64,000 nucleotides of DNA. It comes from an uncultured Actinomycetota bacterium. GTDB lineage: Bacteria; Actinomycetota; Actinomycetes; Actinomycetales; Kineosporiaceae. The notes beneath the pieces were generated by a model. It ran no database searches and was not told where the DNA came from. It saw nothing but the letters and a program-made list of their open reading frames with translations. The stretch covers positions 1 to 64,000 of the forward strand of contig CAWARR010000006.1 in NCBI GenBank assembly GCA_963784535.1, given 5' to 3'. The stretch's first letter is position 1; every line of letters starts with the position of its first letter. The translations under genes were made by a program, and so were the position numbers. Of the stretch, positions 52,132 through 62,357 are shown one piece after another.

Positions 52132-53328
52132 GTGGCGGATATGGTGCGGAGCGTGACAGAGGTCAAGATCCCCGTAATCGCCGACGTGATCGGCGTGCTC
52201 GAGCAGATGTACGACCCGGCCTGGGCCCGAGCCTGGGACGCCGTGGGCCTGGTCTGCGGCGAACCGCAGGCTCCCGTCCGGCGGGTGATGCTGGCCGTCG
52301 ACCCGGTGGCCTCCGTCGTCGAGGACGCGCTCGCCTGGCATGCCGACCTGCTCGTAACCCATCACCCGCTGCTGCTGCGGCCGGTGCACGGGGTGGCCGC
52401 GGACACCGCCAAGGGCCGGCTCGTCCACCAACTGATCCGCGGCGGGTGCGGCCTGTACACGGCGCACACGAACGCCGACGTCGCCTCGCCGGGGGTGTCC
52501 GACGCGCTGGCCCGCATCCTCGGGCTCACCGACCTCGAGCCGGTCGCGGCCGACCCGGTGGATCCGGTGGACAAGATCGTCACGTACGCCCCGGAGGAGT
52601 ACGCCGACAAGGTCATCGACGCGATCGTCTCGGCCGGAGCCGGCGAGATCGGCGAGTACGCCCGGGTGGCGTGGACCTCCGTCGGCACCGGCACGTTCAT
52701 CCCCGGCGTCGCGGCCGGTCAGCTGCGGGGCAGCACCGCGATCCGCGAGGACGTGCCCGAGCGCCGGGTGGAGATGATCCTCCCGCGGCAGCGCCGGGCC
52801 TCCGTGGTGGCCGCGCTGCGCGCCGCGCACCCCTCCGAGGAGGTCGCCTTCGACGTCTTCGAGATGGCGGCCTGGTCGGGGCCGCGCGGGATCGGCCGGG
52901 TCGGGCGGCTCGCCGCGCCCATGCCGCTGCGCGAGTTCGCCATGCTGGTCGCGGAGGCTCTGCCCGCCTCGCACCAGGGAGTGCGGATCGCGGGCGACCC
53001 TACCGCCGAGGTCCAGCGGGTCGCCGTGTGCGGCGGCGCCGGCGACTCGCTGTTCGACGCCGTGCGGGCCAGTGACGCCGACGTCTTCGTCACCGCCGAC
53101 CTACGCCACCACCCGGTCAGCGAGGCCCGCGAGGAGGCCGGCGACGGCCCGCCGTACCTGGTCGACGTGGCGCACTGGTCGAGCGAGTGGCCGTGGCTGG
53201 CCGGCGTCGCCAACCGGCTCGAGGGCGCGCTGGAGGCGCGCGGCAGCCGGGTCGAGATGCAGGTCTCCACCCGGTGCACCGACCCCTGGAGCTTCCGGGT
53301 GCCGAGCGCCGGCGGTGTCGTCCGCTGA
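52132..53328 (+). CDS. Nif3-like dinuclear metal centre protein (YqfO/GTP cyclohydrolase 1 type 2 family)
   Basis: ...VMLAVDPVASVVEDALAWHADLLVTHHPLLL...GCGLYTAHTNADV... and C-terminal ...VFVTADLRHHPVSEAREE. Confidence 0.8.
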   Translation: MADMVRSVTEVKIPVIADVIGVLEQMYDPAWARAWDAVGLVCGEPQAPVRRVMLAVDPVASVVEDALAWHADLLVTHHPLLLRPVHGVAADTAKGRLVHQLIRGGCGLYTAHTNADVASPGVSDALARILGLTDLEPVAADPVDPVDKIVTYAPEEYADKVIDAIVSAGAGEIGEYARVAWTSVGTGTFIPGVAAGQLRGSTAIREDVPERRVEMILPRQRRASVVAALRAAHPSEEVAFDVFEMAAWSGPRGIGRVGRLAAPMPLREFAMLVAEALPASHQGVRIAGDPTAEVQRVAVCGGAGDSLFDAVRASDADVFVTADLRHHPVSEAREEAGDGPPYLVDVAHWSSEWPWLAGVANRLEGALEARGSRVEMQVSTRCTDPWSFRVPSAGGVVR

Positions 53329-53411
53329 CCGCCCGCCCCGTGCCGCCGCGCTGCGCGTAGGGTTTCGCCCGGGATGCCGGTCACGGTGTCCCGACGACTG
53401 CGTGGAGGTGC

Positions 53412-54161
53412 GTGACGGTGGTGACTGCGGCGCCCCAGGACCAGTGGCGGCTGCTCGATGTGCAGGCCCACGACACCCGGCTCGCCCAGCTCGCCCACCG
53501 TCGGGCGACCCTGCCCGAGCTCGAGCGGGTGCGCGAGATCGAGGAGCGGGTGGCCGGGCACGCGGACACCCTGGTCGCGGCCCGCACCGTGGTGTCGGAC
53601 GTCTCGCGCGAGCTGTCGAAGGCCGAGGCCGACGTGGAGCTGGTCCGCCAGCGCGCCGGGCGCAACCAGGCGCGGCTCGACGCCGGGCAGGCGGGGGCCA
53701 AGGACCTGCAGGCGATGCAGCACGAGCTGGACTCGCTGGCACAGCGGCAGTCGGTGCTCGAGGACGTCGAGCTCGAGGTGATGGAGCGGCTCGAGACGGC
53801 CCAGGCCCGCGTCGCCGGGCTGTCCGCCGAGCACGAGTCGCTGCAGGCCGCGCTGGCCGCCGCCGTGGCCACCCGCGACGGCCTGCTCGCCGGGGTGGAC
53901 GACGACGTGGCACGGGAGACCAACGCCCGGGCCGACTCCGCCGCCGGGGTCCCCGCAGACCTGCTCGCGCTGTACGAGAAGGTGCGCCGGCAGGCAGGGG
54001 GGGTCGGCGCGGCGCGGCTGTACCAGCGCCGCTGCGAGGGGTGCCGGCTGGAGCTGAACACCACCGACATCGGCCGCATCCGGGCCGCTGCGGAGGATGC
54101 CGTGGTGCGCTGCGAGGAGTGCGGGCGCATCCTCGTGCGCACCCTCGAGTCGGGGTTGTGA
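53412..54161 (+). CDS. Zinc-ribbon/coiled-coil protein (DUF164-like), usual partner of Nif3
   Basis: Long coiled-coil then C-terminal CEGCRLELNTTDIGRIRAAAEDAVVRCEECGRIL (CxxC...CxxC). Confidence 0.75.
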   Translation: MTVVTAAPQDQWRLLDVQAHDTRLAQLAHRRATLPELERVREIEERVAGHADTLVAARTVVSDVSRELSKAEADVELVRQRAGRNQARLDAGQAGAKDLQAMQHELDSLAQRQSVLEDVELEVMERLETAQARVAGLSAEHESLQAALAAAVATRDGLLAGVDDDVARETNARADSAAGVPADLLALYEKVRRQAGGVGAARLYQRRCEGCRLELNTTDIGRIRAAAEDAVVRCEECGRILVRTLESGL

Positions 54162-54171
54162 GCGCCGCGGA

Positions 54172-54934
54172 GATGGCCGGGCGCGGGGCCGGCGGCACCG
54201 GTACGGCGCCGTCCACGGCGCGTGGGTCGGTGCGCGCACCCCGCTCCGGACCCGCCGGCGAGGCGACCACCCTGCTCGTGATCCGGCACGGCCGGACGGC
54301 GCTGACCGAGGCGGGGCGGTTCAGCGGGCGTGACGGTGCCGATCCGCAGCTGTCCGCCGCCGGTGAGCAGGACGCCGCCCGGGTGGCCGCGGCGGTGGCC
54401 CGGTTCGGCTCCGCCGGCGCGCTGCTGCCCGACGTGGCCGCCCCGACCGTGGTGGTGGCCTCACCGATGCGGCGCACCCGGGAGACCGCCGAGGCTGTCG
54501 CGTCCGCCCTGCCCGGTGACGTCACCGTCAGGATCGACGAGGAGTGGATCGAGGCCGGGTTCGGCGAGTGGGAGGGCCTCACCTACGCCGAGCTGAGCGA
54601 GCGGTACCCGCAGCAGCTGACGCAGTGGCAGGGGTCCACGAGCTACCCGCCGCCCGGCGGCGGGGAATCGCTCGACACCGTCGGCCAGCGGGTCCGGCGG
54701 GCCCGCGCGCGGGCCGTCGAGGCGAACCCCGGCCGGACGGTGGTCGTGGTCACGCATGCCACCCCGGTGCGGGTGGTGCTGCAGGAGGCGCTGCAGGCCG
54801 GCCCGTCCGCGCTGTGGCGGATGCGGGTCAGCGCCGGCGGGCTGAGCGTCGTCCGCCACTGGGAGGACGGCTCGGCCGAGGTCGCCACCGCGAACGCCAC
54901 CGCGCACCTGCTGGCGGGCCCGGCCCACGGCTGA
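54172..54934 (+). CDS. Histidine phosphatase family protein (phosphoglycerate-mutase-like/CobC-like)
   Basis: LLVIRHGRTALTEAGRFSGRDGADPQLSAAGEQDAARVAAAV... (RHG catalytic motif), ...VVTHATPVRVVLQ...; exact start uncertain (54159-54172). Confidence 0.75.
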
Positions 54935-54970
54935 GCCCGCCGGCGTGGCGCGCGGTGCCGGCCCGGGTCC

Positions 54971-56347
54971 TCAGTTCGCGAAGGCGGCCTCGAGGATGTC
55001 CAGGCCCTCGACGAGCAGGTGCTCCGGCATCACCAGCGGGGGCAGGAAGCGCAGCACGTTGCCGAAGGTGCCGCAGGTCAGGGTGACCAGCCCGGCCTGG
55101 TGACAGGCCGCGGAGACCCGGCCGGTGAGCGCGGCGTCGGGGGTGGTGGTCCCCGGCTCCACCACCTCGACGGCCAGCATGGCGCCGCGCCCGCGGACGT
55201 CGCCGAGCTGCGGATGGCGGGCGGCAAGCGCCTGCAGCCGCGGCAGCATCACCGCCTCGATCCGGCGCGCGGCGGCGGGCAGGTCGAGCTGCTCCATGGT
55301 GGCGATCGCCCCGAGCGCCGCGGCGCAGGCGATCGGGTTCCCGCCGTAGGTGCCGCCGAGGCCGCCGGAGTGCACCGCGTCCATCACCTCGGCGCGCCCG
55401 GTGACGGCGGCGAGCGGCAGCCCGCCGGCGATCCCCTTCGCCGTGGTGATCAGGTCGGGGACGACCCCCTCGTGCTCGCAGGCGAACATCGCCCCGGTGC
55501 GGGCGAAGCCGGTCTGGATCTCGTCGGCGACGAACAGCACCCCGTGGGCGCTGCACCAGGCGGCCAGCGCGGGGAGGAACCCCGGCGCCGGGACGACGAA
55601 CCCGCCCTCGCCCTGGATCGGCTCGATCACCACCGCAGCCGTTCGATCGGCGCCGACCTGCTTCTCGATCATCGCGATGGCGCGATCGGCGGCCTGCGCC
55701 CCGGACAGGGGGGCCGGCTCGCGGAAGGGGTAGGACATCGGGGCCCGGTAGACCTCCCCGGCGAAGGGACCGAACCCGTCCTTGTACGGCATGTTCTTCG
55801 CGGTCATCGCCATCGTGAGGTTGGTCCGGCCGTGATATGCGTGGTCGAAGACCACCACGGCGTCGCGGCCGGTGGCGCGGCGGGCGATCTTCACCGCGTT
55901 CTCCACCGCCTCGGCACCGGAGTTGAACAGCGCGGAGCGCTTGGCGTGGTCACCGGGGGTGAGTCGGTTGAGCGCCTCGCAGACCTCCACGTACCCCTCG
56001 TAGGGCGTCACCATGAAGCAGGTGTGGGTGAACTCGGTGATCTGGGCCTGCACCCGGGCGACCACCTCGGGGGCGGAGTTCCCCACGCTGGTGACGGCGA
56101 TCCCGGAGCCGAAGTCGATGAGCTGGTTGCCGTCGACGTCGACGAGGATGCCGCCCCCGGCGCGCTGCACGTAGACCGGCAGGGTGGTGCCGACCCCCAC
56201 CGCCACCGCGGCCGTCTTGCGGGCGTGCAGCAGCCGGGACCGCGGTCCGGGGATCTCGGTGCGCAGCAGCCGGCGCTGCTCCACCGGGCCGGAGGCGGGC
56301 GGGCCGGCGGGGGTGGCCTGGGGCCTGGACTGCACGGTGTCGGTCAT
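54971..56347 (-). CDS. gabT: 4-aminobutyrate aminotransferase (class III PLP aminotransferase)
   Basis: MTDTVQSRPQ...GSGIAVTSVGNSAPEVV...FNSGAEAVENAVKIAR...DEIQTGFARTGAMFACEHEGVVPDLITTAKGIAGGLPLAAV...; only the last ~459 codons of the 1077-aa track ORF. Confidence 0.9.
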   Translation of the reverse strand: MTDTVQSRPQATPAGPPASGPVEQRRLLRTEIPGPRSRLLHARKTAAVAVGVGTTLPVYVQRAGGGILVDVDGNQLIDFGSGIAVTSVGNSAPEVVARVQAQITEFTHTCFMVTPYEGYVEVCEALNRLTPGDHAKRSALFNSGAEAVENAVKIARRATGRDAVVVFDHAYHGRTNLTMAMTAKNMPYKDGFGPFAGEVYRAPMSYPFREPAPLSGAQAADRAIAMIEKQVGADRTAAVVIEPIQGEGGFVVPAPGFLPALAAWCSAHGVLFVADEIQTGFARTGAMFACEHEGVVPDLITTAKGIAGGLPLAAVTGRAEVMDAVHSGGLGGTYGGNPIACAAALGAIATMEQLDLPAAARRIEAVMLPRLQALAARHPQLGDVRGRGAMLAVEVVEPGTTTPDAALTGRVSAACHQAGLVTLTCGTFGNVLRFLPPLVMPEHLLVEGLDILEAAFAN

Positions 56348-56611
56348 CGCTGCTCCCGAAGGACGAGGGTCTGCCCGGCCGCACCACGGCGTGCTGCGGG
56401 CTGCTGGCCCCCACGGTAGGACAGTGGCGTTCGGCCGGGAACGGCCGGGACCTGTAGGGTGCGGGGTGACGCCGCGCTGTGGCGACGTCCCTCCTGCGGG
56501 CGAGCCGCCCGCGAGGTCGCACGTAGTGAGCTGCTCCCAGTCTTCGGAGACCCGCCGTGATGGCGGGCCGTGGTCGTGGTGCCTCAGACACGCCGCGGCC
56601 CTGCCCCACTG

Positions 56612-58096
56612 ATGGAGCACATCTTGTCCCAGCCTCAGACCCGTTCCCGTGGCGCCCGCCGGCCCTCCGGCCGTGACCGCGCCGCAGGCCGTCCGGCGAC
56701 GTCGTGGGCGTCCGCGCCCGAGCGGCGGCCGAAGTCCGGCCGCGCGGCGGCCCCCACCGCGGCGACCCTCGACCTGGAGCGCGCCCTGACCGCCGCGCCG
56801 TTCGACCCGACCGCCCCGGTTCCCACCTTCGCCGAGCTCGGCATGCCGGAGCCGCTGGTCAAGGCCCTGCTCGAGCGCGGCATCGATCGACCGTTCGCGA
56901 TCCAGACCCGGGTGTTGCCGGACGCCCTCGCCGGGCGCGACGTGCTCGGCCGGGCCCGCACCGGCTCGGGCAAGACGCTCGCCTTCGGGCTCCCCGTGCT
57001 GGTTCGGCTGGCAGCCCACCAGGGCGGGGCCGCGGTGCGGCGGGTCTCCACCGAGCCGCGGGCACTGGTGCTCGTCCCCACCCGGGAGCTCGCCCGGCAG
57101 GTGGCGGACGCCCTCAGCCCGCTGGCCGCCTCCGTCGGGTTGCGGGTGACCACGGTGTACGGCGGTGCGGCGATGTCGCCGCAGATCGAGGCGCTGCGCC
57201 GGGGCGTCGACCTGGTCGTCGCCACCCCGGGCCGGCTGATCGACCTGATGGAGCGCGGGGCCTGCCGGCTCGGCGGGGTACAGGTCGCCGTCCTCGACGA
57301 GGCCGACCACATGGCCGACCTGGGCTTCCTGCCCGCGGTGCGGCGGATCATGGACGCCACCGCGCCCGACGGGCAGCGGCTGCTGCTGTCGGCGACCCTC
57401 GACCGCGGGGTCGACACCCTGGTCCGGGACTACCTCACCGACCCGGTGGTGCACGCCGTCGAACCGGCCACCTCGCCGGTGGAGGCGATGGCGCACAAGG
57501 TGTTCACCGTCCACCCGGACGACAAGGTGGCCATCGCCGCGGAGATCGCCGCCCGTCCGGCGCGCACGCTGATCTTCGTGCGCACCAAGCACGGCGCCGA
57601 CCGGCTGGCCCAGCGGCTGGAGCGGGTGGGGGTCGACGCGGGGGCCATCCACGGCAACCTCAACCAGAACCAGCGCCAGCGCGCCATCGACGCCTTCGCC
57701 GCCGGGCGGCCGCGGGTGCTGGTCGCCACCGACGTGGCCGCGCGCGGCCTGCACGTGGACGATGTCGACCTGGTCGTCCACTTCGACCCGCCGAACGACC
57801 ACAAGGACTACCTGCACCGCTCCGGGCGGACGGCCCGGGCGGGTTCCTCCGGCACGGTGGTGGCGCTGGCCGCCCCCGACCAGGTGCGGATGGTGGCCCA
57901 GCTGCACCGGGACGCCTCGGTGACCGCAACCACCGAGCGGGTGCACACCGGGCACGCCGCGGTGCGGGCGCTCGCCGAGTCCGGGGAACCGATCGTGGTG
58001 AGGCCGCTGCCGGAGCGTCAGGCCCGGACCGCGCCCGGCAGGCAGGGTCCGGCGGGGCGCCGTCCGTACCGCACCCGGCAGCCGCAGCGGGGGTAG
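56612..58096 (+). CDS. DEAD-box ATP-dependent RNA helicase
   Basis: Q-motif/FAELGMPEP, AQTRVLPDAL, GRARTGSGKTLAFGLP, PTRELA, DEAD (LDEADHMAD), SAT, HRSGRTARAG. Confidence 0.95.
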   Translation: MEHILSQPQTRSRGARRPSGRDRAAGRPATSWASAPERRPKSGRAAAPTAATLDLERALTAAPFDPTAPVPTFAELGMPEPLVKALLERGIDRPFAIQTRVLPDALAGRDVLGRARTGSGKTLAFGLPVLVRLAAHQGGAAVRRVSTEPRALVLVPTRELARQVADALSPLAASVGLRVTTVYGGAAMSPQIEALRRGVDLVVATPGRLIDLMERGACRLGGVQVAVLDEADHMADLGFLPAVRRIMDATAPDGQRLLLSATLDRGVDTLVRDYLTDPVVHAVEPATSPVEAMAHKVFTVHPDDKVAIAAEIAARPARTLIFVRTKHGADRLAQRLERVGVDAGAIHGNLNQNQRQRAIDAFAAGRPRVLVATDVAARGLHVDDVDLVVHFDPPNDHKDYLHRSGRTARAGSSGTVVALAAPDQVRMVAQLHRDASVTATTERVHTGHAAVRALAESGEPIVVRPLPERQARTAPGRQGPAGRRPYRTRQPQRG

Positions 58097-58156
58097 CGGC
58101 GCGTACCGTCGGTCCGGCCTGCCATGCTCGGCACAGCGACCGCCGACGCCCGCGCG

Positions 58157-58187
58157 CCTCGGCGCCCCGCCCGGAGGGGCGCCGAGG
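58157..58187. terminator. Perfect 12-bp-stem hairpin (CCTCGGCGCCCC-gcccgga-GGGGCGCCGAGG) ~60 bp after the helicase stop; probable terminator
   Basis: Read directly from 58157-58187; no U-tract. Confidence 0.5.
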
Positions 58188-58235
58188 AGCAGCAGGCGGG
58201 GCACGGCGGGCGGGTCCGGACGAGGGGTGTGAACG

Positions 58236-58652
58236 ATGCCGTATGCGGGCGACCTGTCCCCTGAACAGGCCTACGAGCTGCTGCGTGAGGACCCGGACGC
58301 CGTGCTGGTGGACGTCCGGACACGGGCGGAGTGGTACTACGTCGGCCTGCCGGACCTGTCGGCGACGGGCAAGCAGGTGGTCGGCGTGGAGTGGGTCACC
58401 TACCCCGACGGCGACCACAACGAGCGCTTCCTCGAGGACCTGCGCGAGGTCGGGATCGGCTTCGACGTCTCGGTGATCTTCCTCGGCCGGATCGGGTCGC
58501 GGTCGCGAGCCGCGGCCGCGGCCGCCGCCGACGCCGGGTATGTGAAGGCCTACAGCGTCCTCGACGGGTTCGAGGGCCCGCGCGATGACTCCGGACACCG
58601 CGGCACGACCGCCGGCTGGAAGTCCGCCGGGCTGCCCTGGCTCCAGTCGTGA
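58236..58652 (+). CDS. Rhodanese-like (sulfurtransferase) domain protein
   Basis: 138 aa; ...VLVDVRTRAEWYYVGLPD...VIFLGRIGSRSRAAA... ; stop overlaps metZ start. Confidence 0.7.
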   Translation: MPYAGDLSPEQAYELLREDPDAVLVDVRTRAEWYYVGLPDLSATGKQVVGVEWVTYPDGDHNERFLEDLREVGIGFDVSVIFLGRIGSRSRAAAAAAADAGYVKAYSVLDGFEGPRDDSGHRGTTAGWKSAGLPWLQS

Positions 58653-59887
58653 CCGGGCGGCAGCCCGCCCCGGGAGAGGGCGACCCACCCGGGCGTGCGC
58701 AGCTGCGGCCGGACACGCTTGCCGTGCGCGGAGGGCTGGTCCGCTCCGACTTCGCCGAGACGGCGGAAGCGTTGTTCCTCACCCAGGGCTACGTCTACGA
58801 CTCGGCAGGGCAGGCCGAGGCCGCCTTCAGCGGCGAGGTCGACCACTACGTGTACTCCCGCTACGGCAACCCCACGGTGGCGATGTTCCAGGAGCGGCTG
58901 CGCCTGCTCGAGGGTGCGCCCGCGTGCTTCGCCACCGCCACCGGAATGTCCGCGGTGTTCAACGCCCTGATCGCCCTGCTCGAGGCGGGGGACCGGGTGG
59001 TGGCGTCGCGGGCGCTGTTCGGCTCGTGTCTGGTGATCCTCGAGGAACTGCTGCCGCGGTGGGGGATCCGCACCGACTTCGTCGACGGCCACGACCTGGC
59101 CCAGTGGGAGCGGGCGCTGGCCACCCCGGCGCAGGTGGTGTTCTTCGAGTCGCCGAGCAACCCGATGCAGGACCTCGTCGACATAGCGGCGGTGAGCCGG
59201 CTGGCGCACGACGCCGGAGCCACCGTCGTGGTGGACAACGTGTTCGCCACCCCGCTGCTGCAGCGGCCGCTCGAACTCGGCGCCGACGTCGTGGTCTACT
59301 CCGCGACCAAGCACATCGACGGGCAGGGCCGGGTGCTCGGGGGCGCCGTGCTCGGTCCGGCCGAGTACATCGACGGGCCGGTGCAGACCCTGATGCGGCA
59401 CACCGGCCCGGCGATGAGCCCGTTCACCGCGTGGGTGCTGCTGAAGGGCCTGGAGACGCTGCGGCTGCGGGTGCAGCAGCAGTCCGCGTCGGCGCTGCGG
59501 ATCGCGCAGTGGTTGCAGCTGCATCCGCGGGTGGTCGCGGTGCGCTACCCGTTCCTGCCCGACCACCCGCAGCACGAGCTGGCCCGCCGGCAGATGGCCG
59601 GTGGCGGCACCGTCGTCACCTTCGAGCTCGACGGCGCCGGCGCGGACGCGAAGCGGGCCGCCTTCGCGCTGCTGGACCGGCTGCGCCTGGTCGACATCTC
59701 GAACAACCTCGGCGACGCGAAGTCCCTGATCACCCACCCGGCCACCACCACCCACCGCCGGCTGAGCGCGCAGGCCCGCGCCGCCGCCGGGATCGGCGAC
59801 GGCACGGTGCGCCTGTCGGTGGGGCTGGAGGACGTGCAGGACCTGCTCGACGACCTCGACCGGGCGCTGTCAGCCGCGACCGGGTGA
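58649..59887 (+). CDS. metZ: O-succinylhomoserine sulfhydrylase / cystathionine gamma-synthase family (PLP, Cys/Met metabolism)
   Basis: ...VYSRYGNPTVAMFQERLRLLEGA...YSATKHIDGQGRVLGGAV... (PLP-Lys in SATKHIDG), ...VRLSVGLEDVQDLLDDL. Confidence 0.9.
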   Translation: MTGRQPAPGEGDPPGRAQLRPDTLAVRGGLVRSDFAETAEALFLTQGYVYDSAGQAEAAFSGEVDHYVYSRYGNPTVAMFQERLRLLEGAPACFATATGMSAVFNALIALLEAGDRVVASRALFGSCLVILEELLPRWGIRTDFVDGHDLAQWERALATPAQVVFFESPSNPMQDLVDIAAVSRLAHDAGATVVVDNVFATPLLQRPLELGADVVVYSATKHIDGQGRVLGGAVLGPAEYIDGPVQTLMRHTGPAMSPFTAWVLLKGLETLRLRVQQQSASALRIAQWLQLHPRVVAVRYPFLPDHPQHELARRQMAGGGTVVTFELDGAGADAKRAAFALLDRLRLVDISNNLGDAKSLITHPATTTHRRLSAQARAAAGIGDGTVRLSVGLEDVQDLLDDLDRALSAATG

Positions 59888-61357
59888 CCCGGTGGGGGTG
59901 CGCCGCGCCATTCCCACCAGCGCCGCCGCGACGACCACCGCCAGTCCCGCCTGGACGACGACGACGGTGCCGAACGCGGCCCTGACCCCCAGCCGCCCCG
60001 GCCCGGCCGTGGCCAGGAACAGCCCCCCGAGGGTGGCCACTCCGAGTGCCAGGCTGACTTGCTGGACGGTGACGAGCAGCCCGCTCGCGACCCCGGCGCG
60101 GTGCGCGGGAACTTGGGCGAGGGCCAGCCGGAACAGCGGGCTCATCACCAGGCCCTGGCCCGCGCCCAGCACGGCGGTGAGCGGTGCAAGCTCGGCGGGA
60201 GAGGCGAGCAACGGGCGGGAGGCCAGCACTGCGGCGATGCCGAGCAGTCCGGCGCACTGCACCAGCGCCCCCACCACCAGCACCCGCGGCCCGTAGCGGC
60301 TCACCAGCCGGACGGCCCCCAGCGAGGTGGCCAGGAAGGCCACGCCCATCGGGGCGATGCCCAGCCCGGTGGCCAGGGGCGAGCCGCGCCCGCCGGCGTG
60401 CTCGGCCAGGGCGTAGACGAACATGAAGCCGCCGAACCCGGTGAAGAACGGGATCGCGGCGAGCAGGCCGGCCCGCATCGTGGGCACCGCCAGCAGCGAC
60501 GGCGGCAGCAGCGGCACGCCGCCGTCGCGCTCCAGCCGGCGCTGGGCCGCGGCGAAGGCCAGGGCCAGGAACGGCGCCAGGGCGAGCAGGGCGAGCAGCC
60601 ACGACGGCCAGCCGAACTGCCGCCCCTCGACGGCGGGCAGCAGCAGCGCCACCAGGGTGGCGGCCAGCAGCCCCGTTCCGGCGTGGTCGATCCCGGTCGG
60701 GGCGTCGGCGCGGGTGTCGGGCAGGTATCTGCGCGCGGCCAGCACCCCGGCGAGGCCGATCGGCACGTTGACCAGGAAGATCGGCCGCCACCCGGAGCCC
60801 GCCAGGTCGGCCGATACCAGCGCCCCACCGGCCACCTGCCCGACCACGGCCGCGAGCCCGCCGGTGGCCCCGTAGAGCCCGATCGCCCGGGCCCGCCGGA
60901 TGCCCTCGGTGGAGGCCTGGATGGTGGCAAGCACCTGCGGAACCATCATCGCCGCAGCAGTGCCCTGCAGCACCCGGGAGACCACGAGCACGCCCGCGTC
61001 CGGCGCCAGGCCGCACGCCAGTGAGGTGACGGTGAAGGCCGCCATGCCCGCCCGGAAGAGGCGGCGGCGGCCGAAGGCGTCCCCGAGCCTGCCGCCGAGC
61101 ACGAGCAGCAACGCGTAGGCGATGCCGTAGCCCGCGACCACGAGCTCGAGTTCGGCGGAGGAGGCGTGCAGCTCGGCGTCGATCGAGGGGAGGGCCACGT
61201 TGACGACGAAGAAGTCGACCATGGCCAGGAACGTGCCGCTGAGCACCGTGACCAGACCCGCGGTACCCAAGCTGGTGGGTGCGGGGGAGGCCAGGCGGGC
61301 GAGCGAGGGCCCGGGGGCGCGGGCGGAGCGGGCCGCAACGGTGTCTGGTGAACTCAT
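59870..61357 (-). CDS. MFS transporter (14-TM drug:H+ antiporter/EmrB-QacA-like)
   Basis: ...MVDFFVVNVALPSI... motif, GGRLGDAFGRRRLF (motif A), ~14 hydrophobic segments; start at ATG giving MSSPDTVAARS. Confidence 0.85.
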   Translation of the reverse strand: MSSPDTVAARSARAPGPSLARLASPAPTSLGTAGLVTVLSGTFLAMVDFFVVNVALPSIDAELHASSAELELVVAGYGIAYALLLVLGGRLGDAFGRRRLFRAGMAAFTVTSLACGLAPDAGVLVVSRVLQGTAAAMMVPQVLATIQASTEGIRRARAIGLYGATGGLAAVVGQVAGGALVSADLAGSGWRPIFLVNVPIGLAGVLAARRYLPDTRADAPTGIDHAGTGLLAATLVALLLPAVEGRQFGWPSWLLALLALAPFLALAFAAAQRRLERDGGVPLLPPSLLAVPTMRAGLLAAIPFFTGFGGFMFVYALAEHAGGRGSPLATGLGIAPMGVAFLATSLGAVRLVSRYGPRVLVVGALVQCAGLLGIAAVLASRPLLASPAELAPLTAVLGAGQGLVMSPLFRLALAQVPAHRAGVASGLLVTVQQVSLALGVATLGGLFLATAGPGRLGVRAAFGTVVVVQAGLAVVVAAALVGMARRTPTGSPGRG

Positions 61358-61479
61358 GCCGCCACCCTGACGGGGGGCCGAGCCCGGTACCAGACGCCTG
61401 CTCATCCAGGGACCAGCACTACCCGGCTACCTGTCCGCCGCGGCTTGCCGCCGCCCGGGGGAGCGCCGATGCTGGGTGC

Positions 61480-62352
61480 GTGACCACCGTCGAGGAGCGC
61501 GTCCGGGTGAGCGACGGGCCCGTGCCGGCGCGGCAGGTCGCCGCGATGCGCCGCCGCGAACTCGGCGCGTTCCTGCGCAGCCGGCGCGAGCGCACCTCCC
61601 CCGAGCAGGTCGGGCTCGCCGCGGTCGGGCGCCGGCGGACCCCCGGGCTGCGCCGCGAGGAAGTGGCGCAGATCGCCGGCGTCGGGGTGAGCTGGTACAC
61701 GTGGCTGGAACAGGGCCGCGACATCAACGTCTCCGAGCAGGTGCTCGAATCGGTCGCCCGCACGCTGCGGCTGGACCGGCACGAGTCCGCGCACCTGTTC
61801 GCCCTCGCCGGCCGGGGCCTGCAGCCGGCCGGGCGGGATCCCGGCTGCGTCCCGCCCACCGTGCGTAGCATGCTCGACCAGCTCAGCCCGCTGCCCGCGG
61901 CGGTGTCGAACGGGCGCTTCGAGGTGCTCGCCTACAACCGCACCTTCGGGCGGCTGATCGACGACCTGGACGCGGTCCCCGAGGAGGAACGGAACTCGCT
62001 CTGGCTGGCATTCACCCATCCCGCGTGGCGGGAGGCGCTGGTCAGCTGGGAGGAGACGACGCGGCGGATGGTCGCGCAGTTCAGGGCCTCGATGGCCGAG
62101 CACGTTGCCGAGCCCGCCTGGAAGTGCCAGCTGAAGCGGCTGCAGGCGGCCTCCCCGCAGTTCCGGGCCATGTGGGACCGGCACGAGGTGCTCGGTGCGG
62201 AGTCGAAGACCAAGCAGTACCGCAGCCCTCGCGCCGGGTTGCTGAGCTTCGACTACGCCTATCTGTGGCTGGATCGGCTCGGGGACACCCGGCTGGTCAG
62301 CTACGTGCCCGCCGACGCCGACACCCGCGGCCGGCTCGACCTGCTGCTGTAG
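61480..62352 (+). CDS. MmyB-like transcriptional regulator (XRE-type HTH + MmyB ligand-binding domain)
   Basis: ...LGAFLRSRRERTSPEQVGLAAVGRRRTPGLRREEVAQIAGVGVSWYTWLEQGRDINVSEQVLESVARTLRLD...; start GTG 61480 or ATG 61546. Confidence 0.8.
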   Translation: MTTVEERVRVSDGPVPARQVAAMRRRELGAFLRSRRERTSPEQVGLAAVGRRRTPGLRREEVAQIAGVGVSWYTWLEQGRDINVSEQVLESVARTLRLDRHESAHLFALAGRGLQPAGRDPGCVPPTVRSMLDQLSPLPAAVSNGRFEVLAYNRTFGRLIDDLDAVPEEERNSLWLAFTHPAWREALVSWEETTRRMVAQFRASMAEHVAEPAWKCQLKRLQAASPQFRAMWDRHEVLGAESKTKQYRSPRAGLLSFDYAYLWLDRLGDTRLVSYVPADADTRGRLDLLL

Positions 62353-62357
62353 CCCCC

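Noticed and set aside
54971-58204. 1077-aa minus-strand ORF
   Set aside because: Only the final ~459 codons (from ATG at 56345-56347) are GabT; the upstream part is antisense to the DEAD-box helicase gene and is low-complexity.
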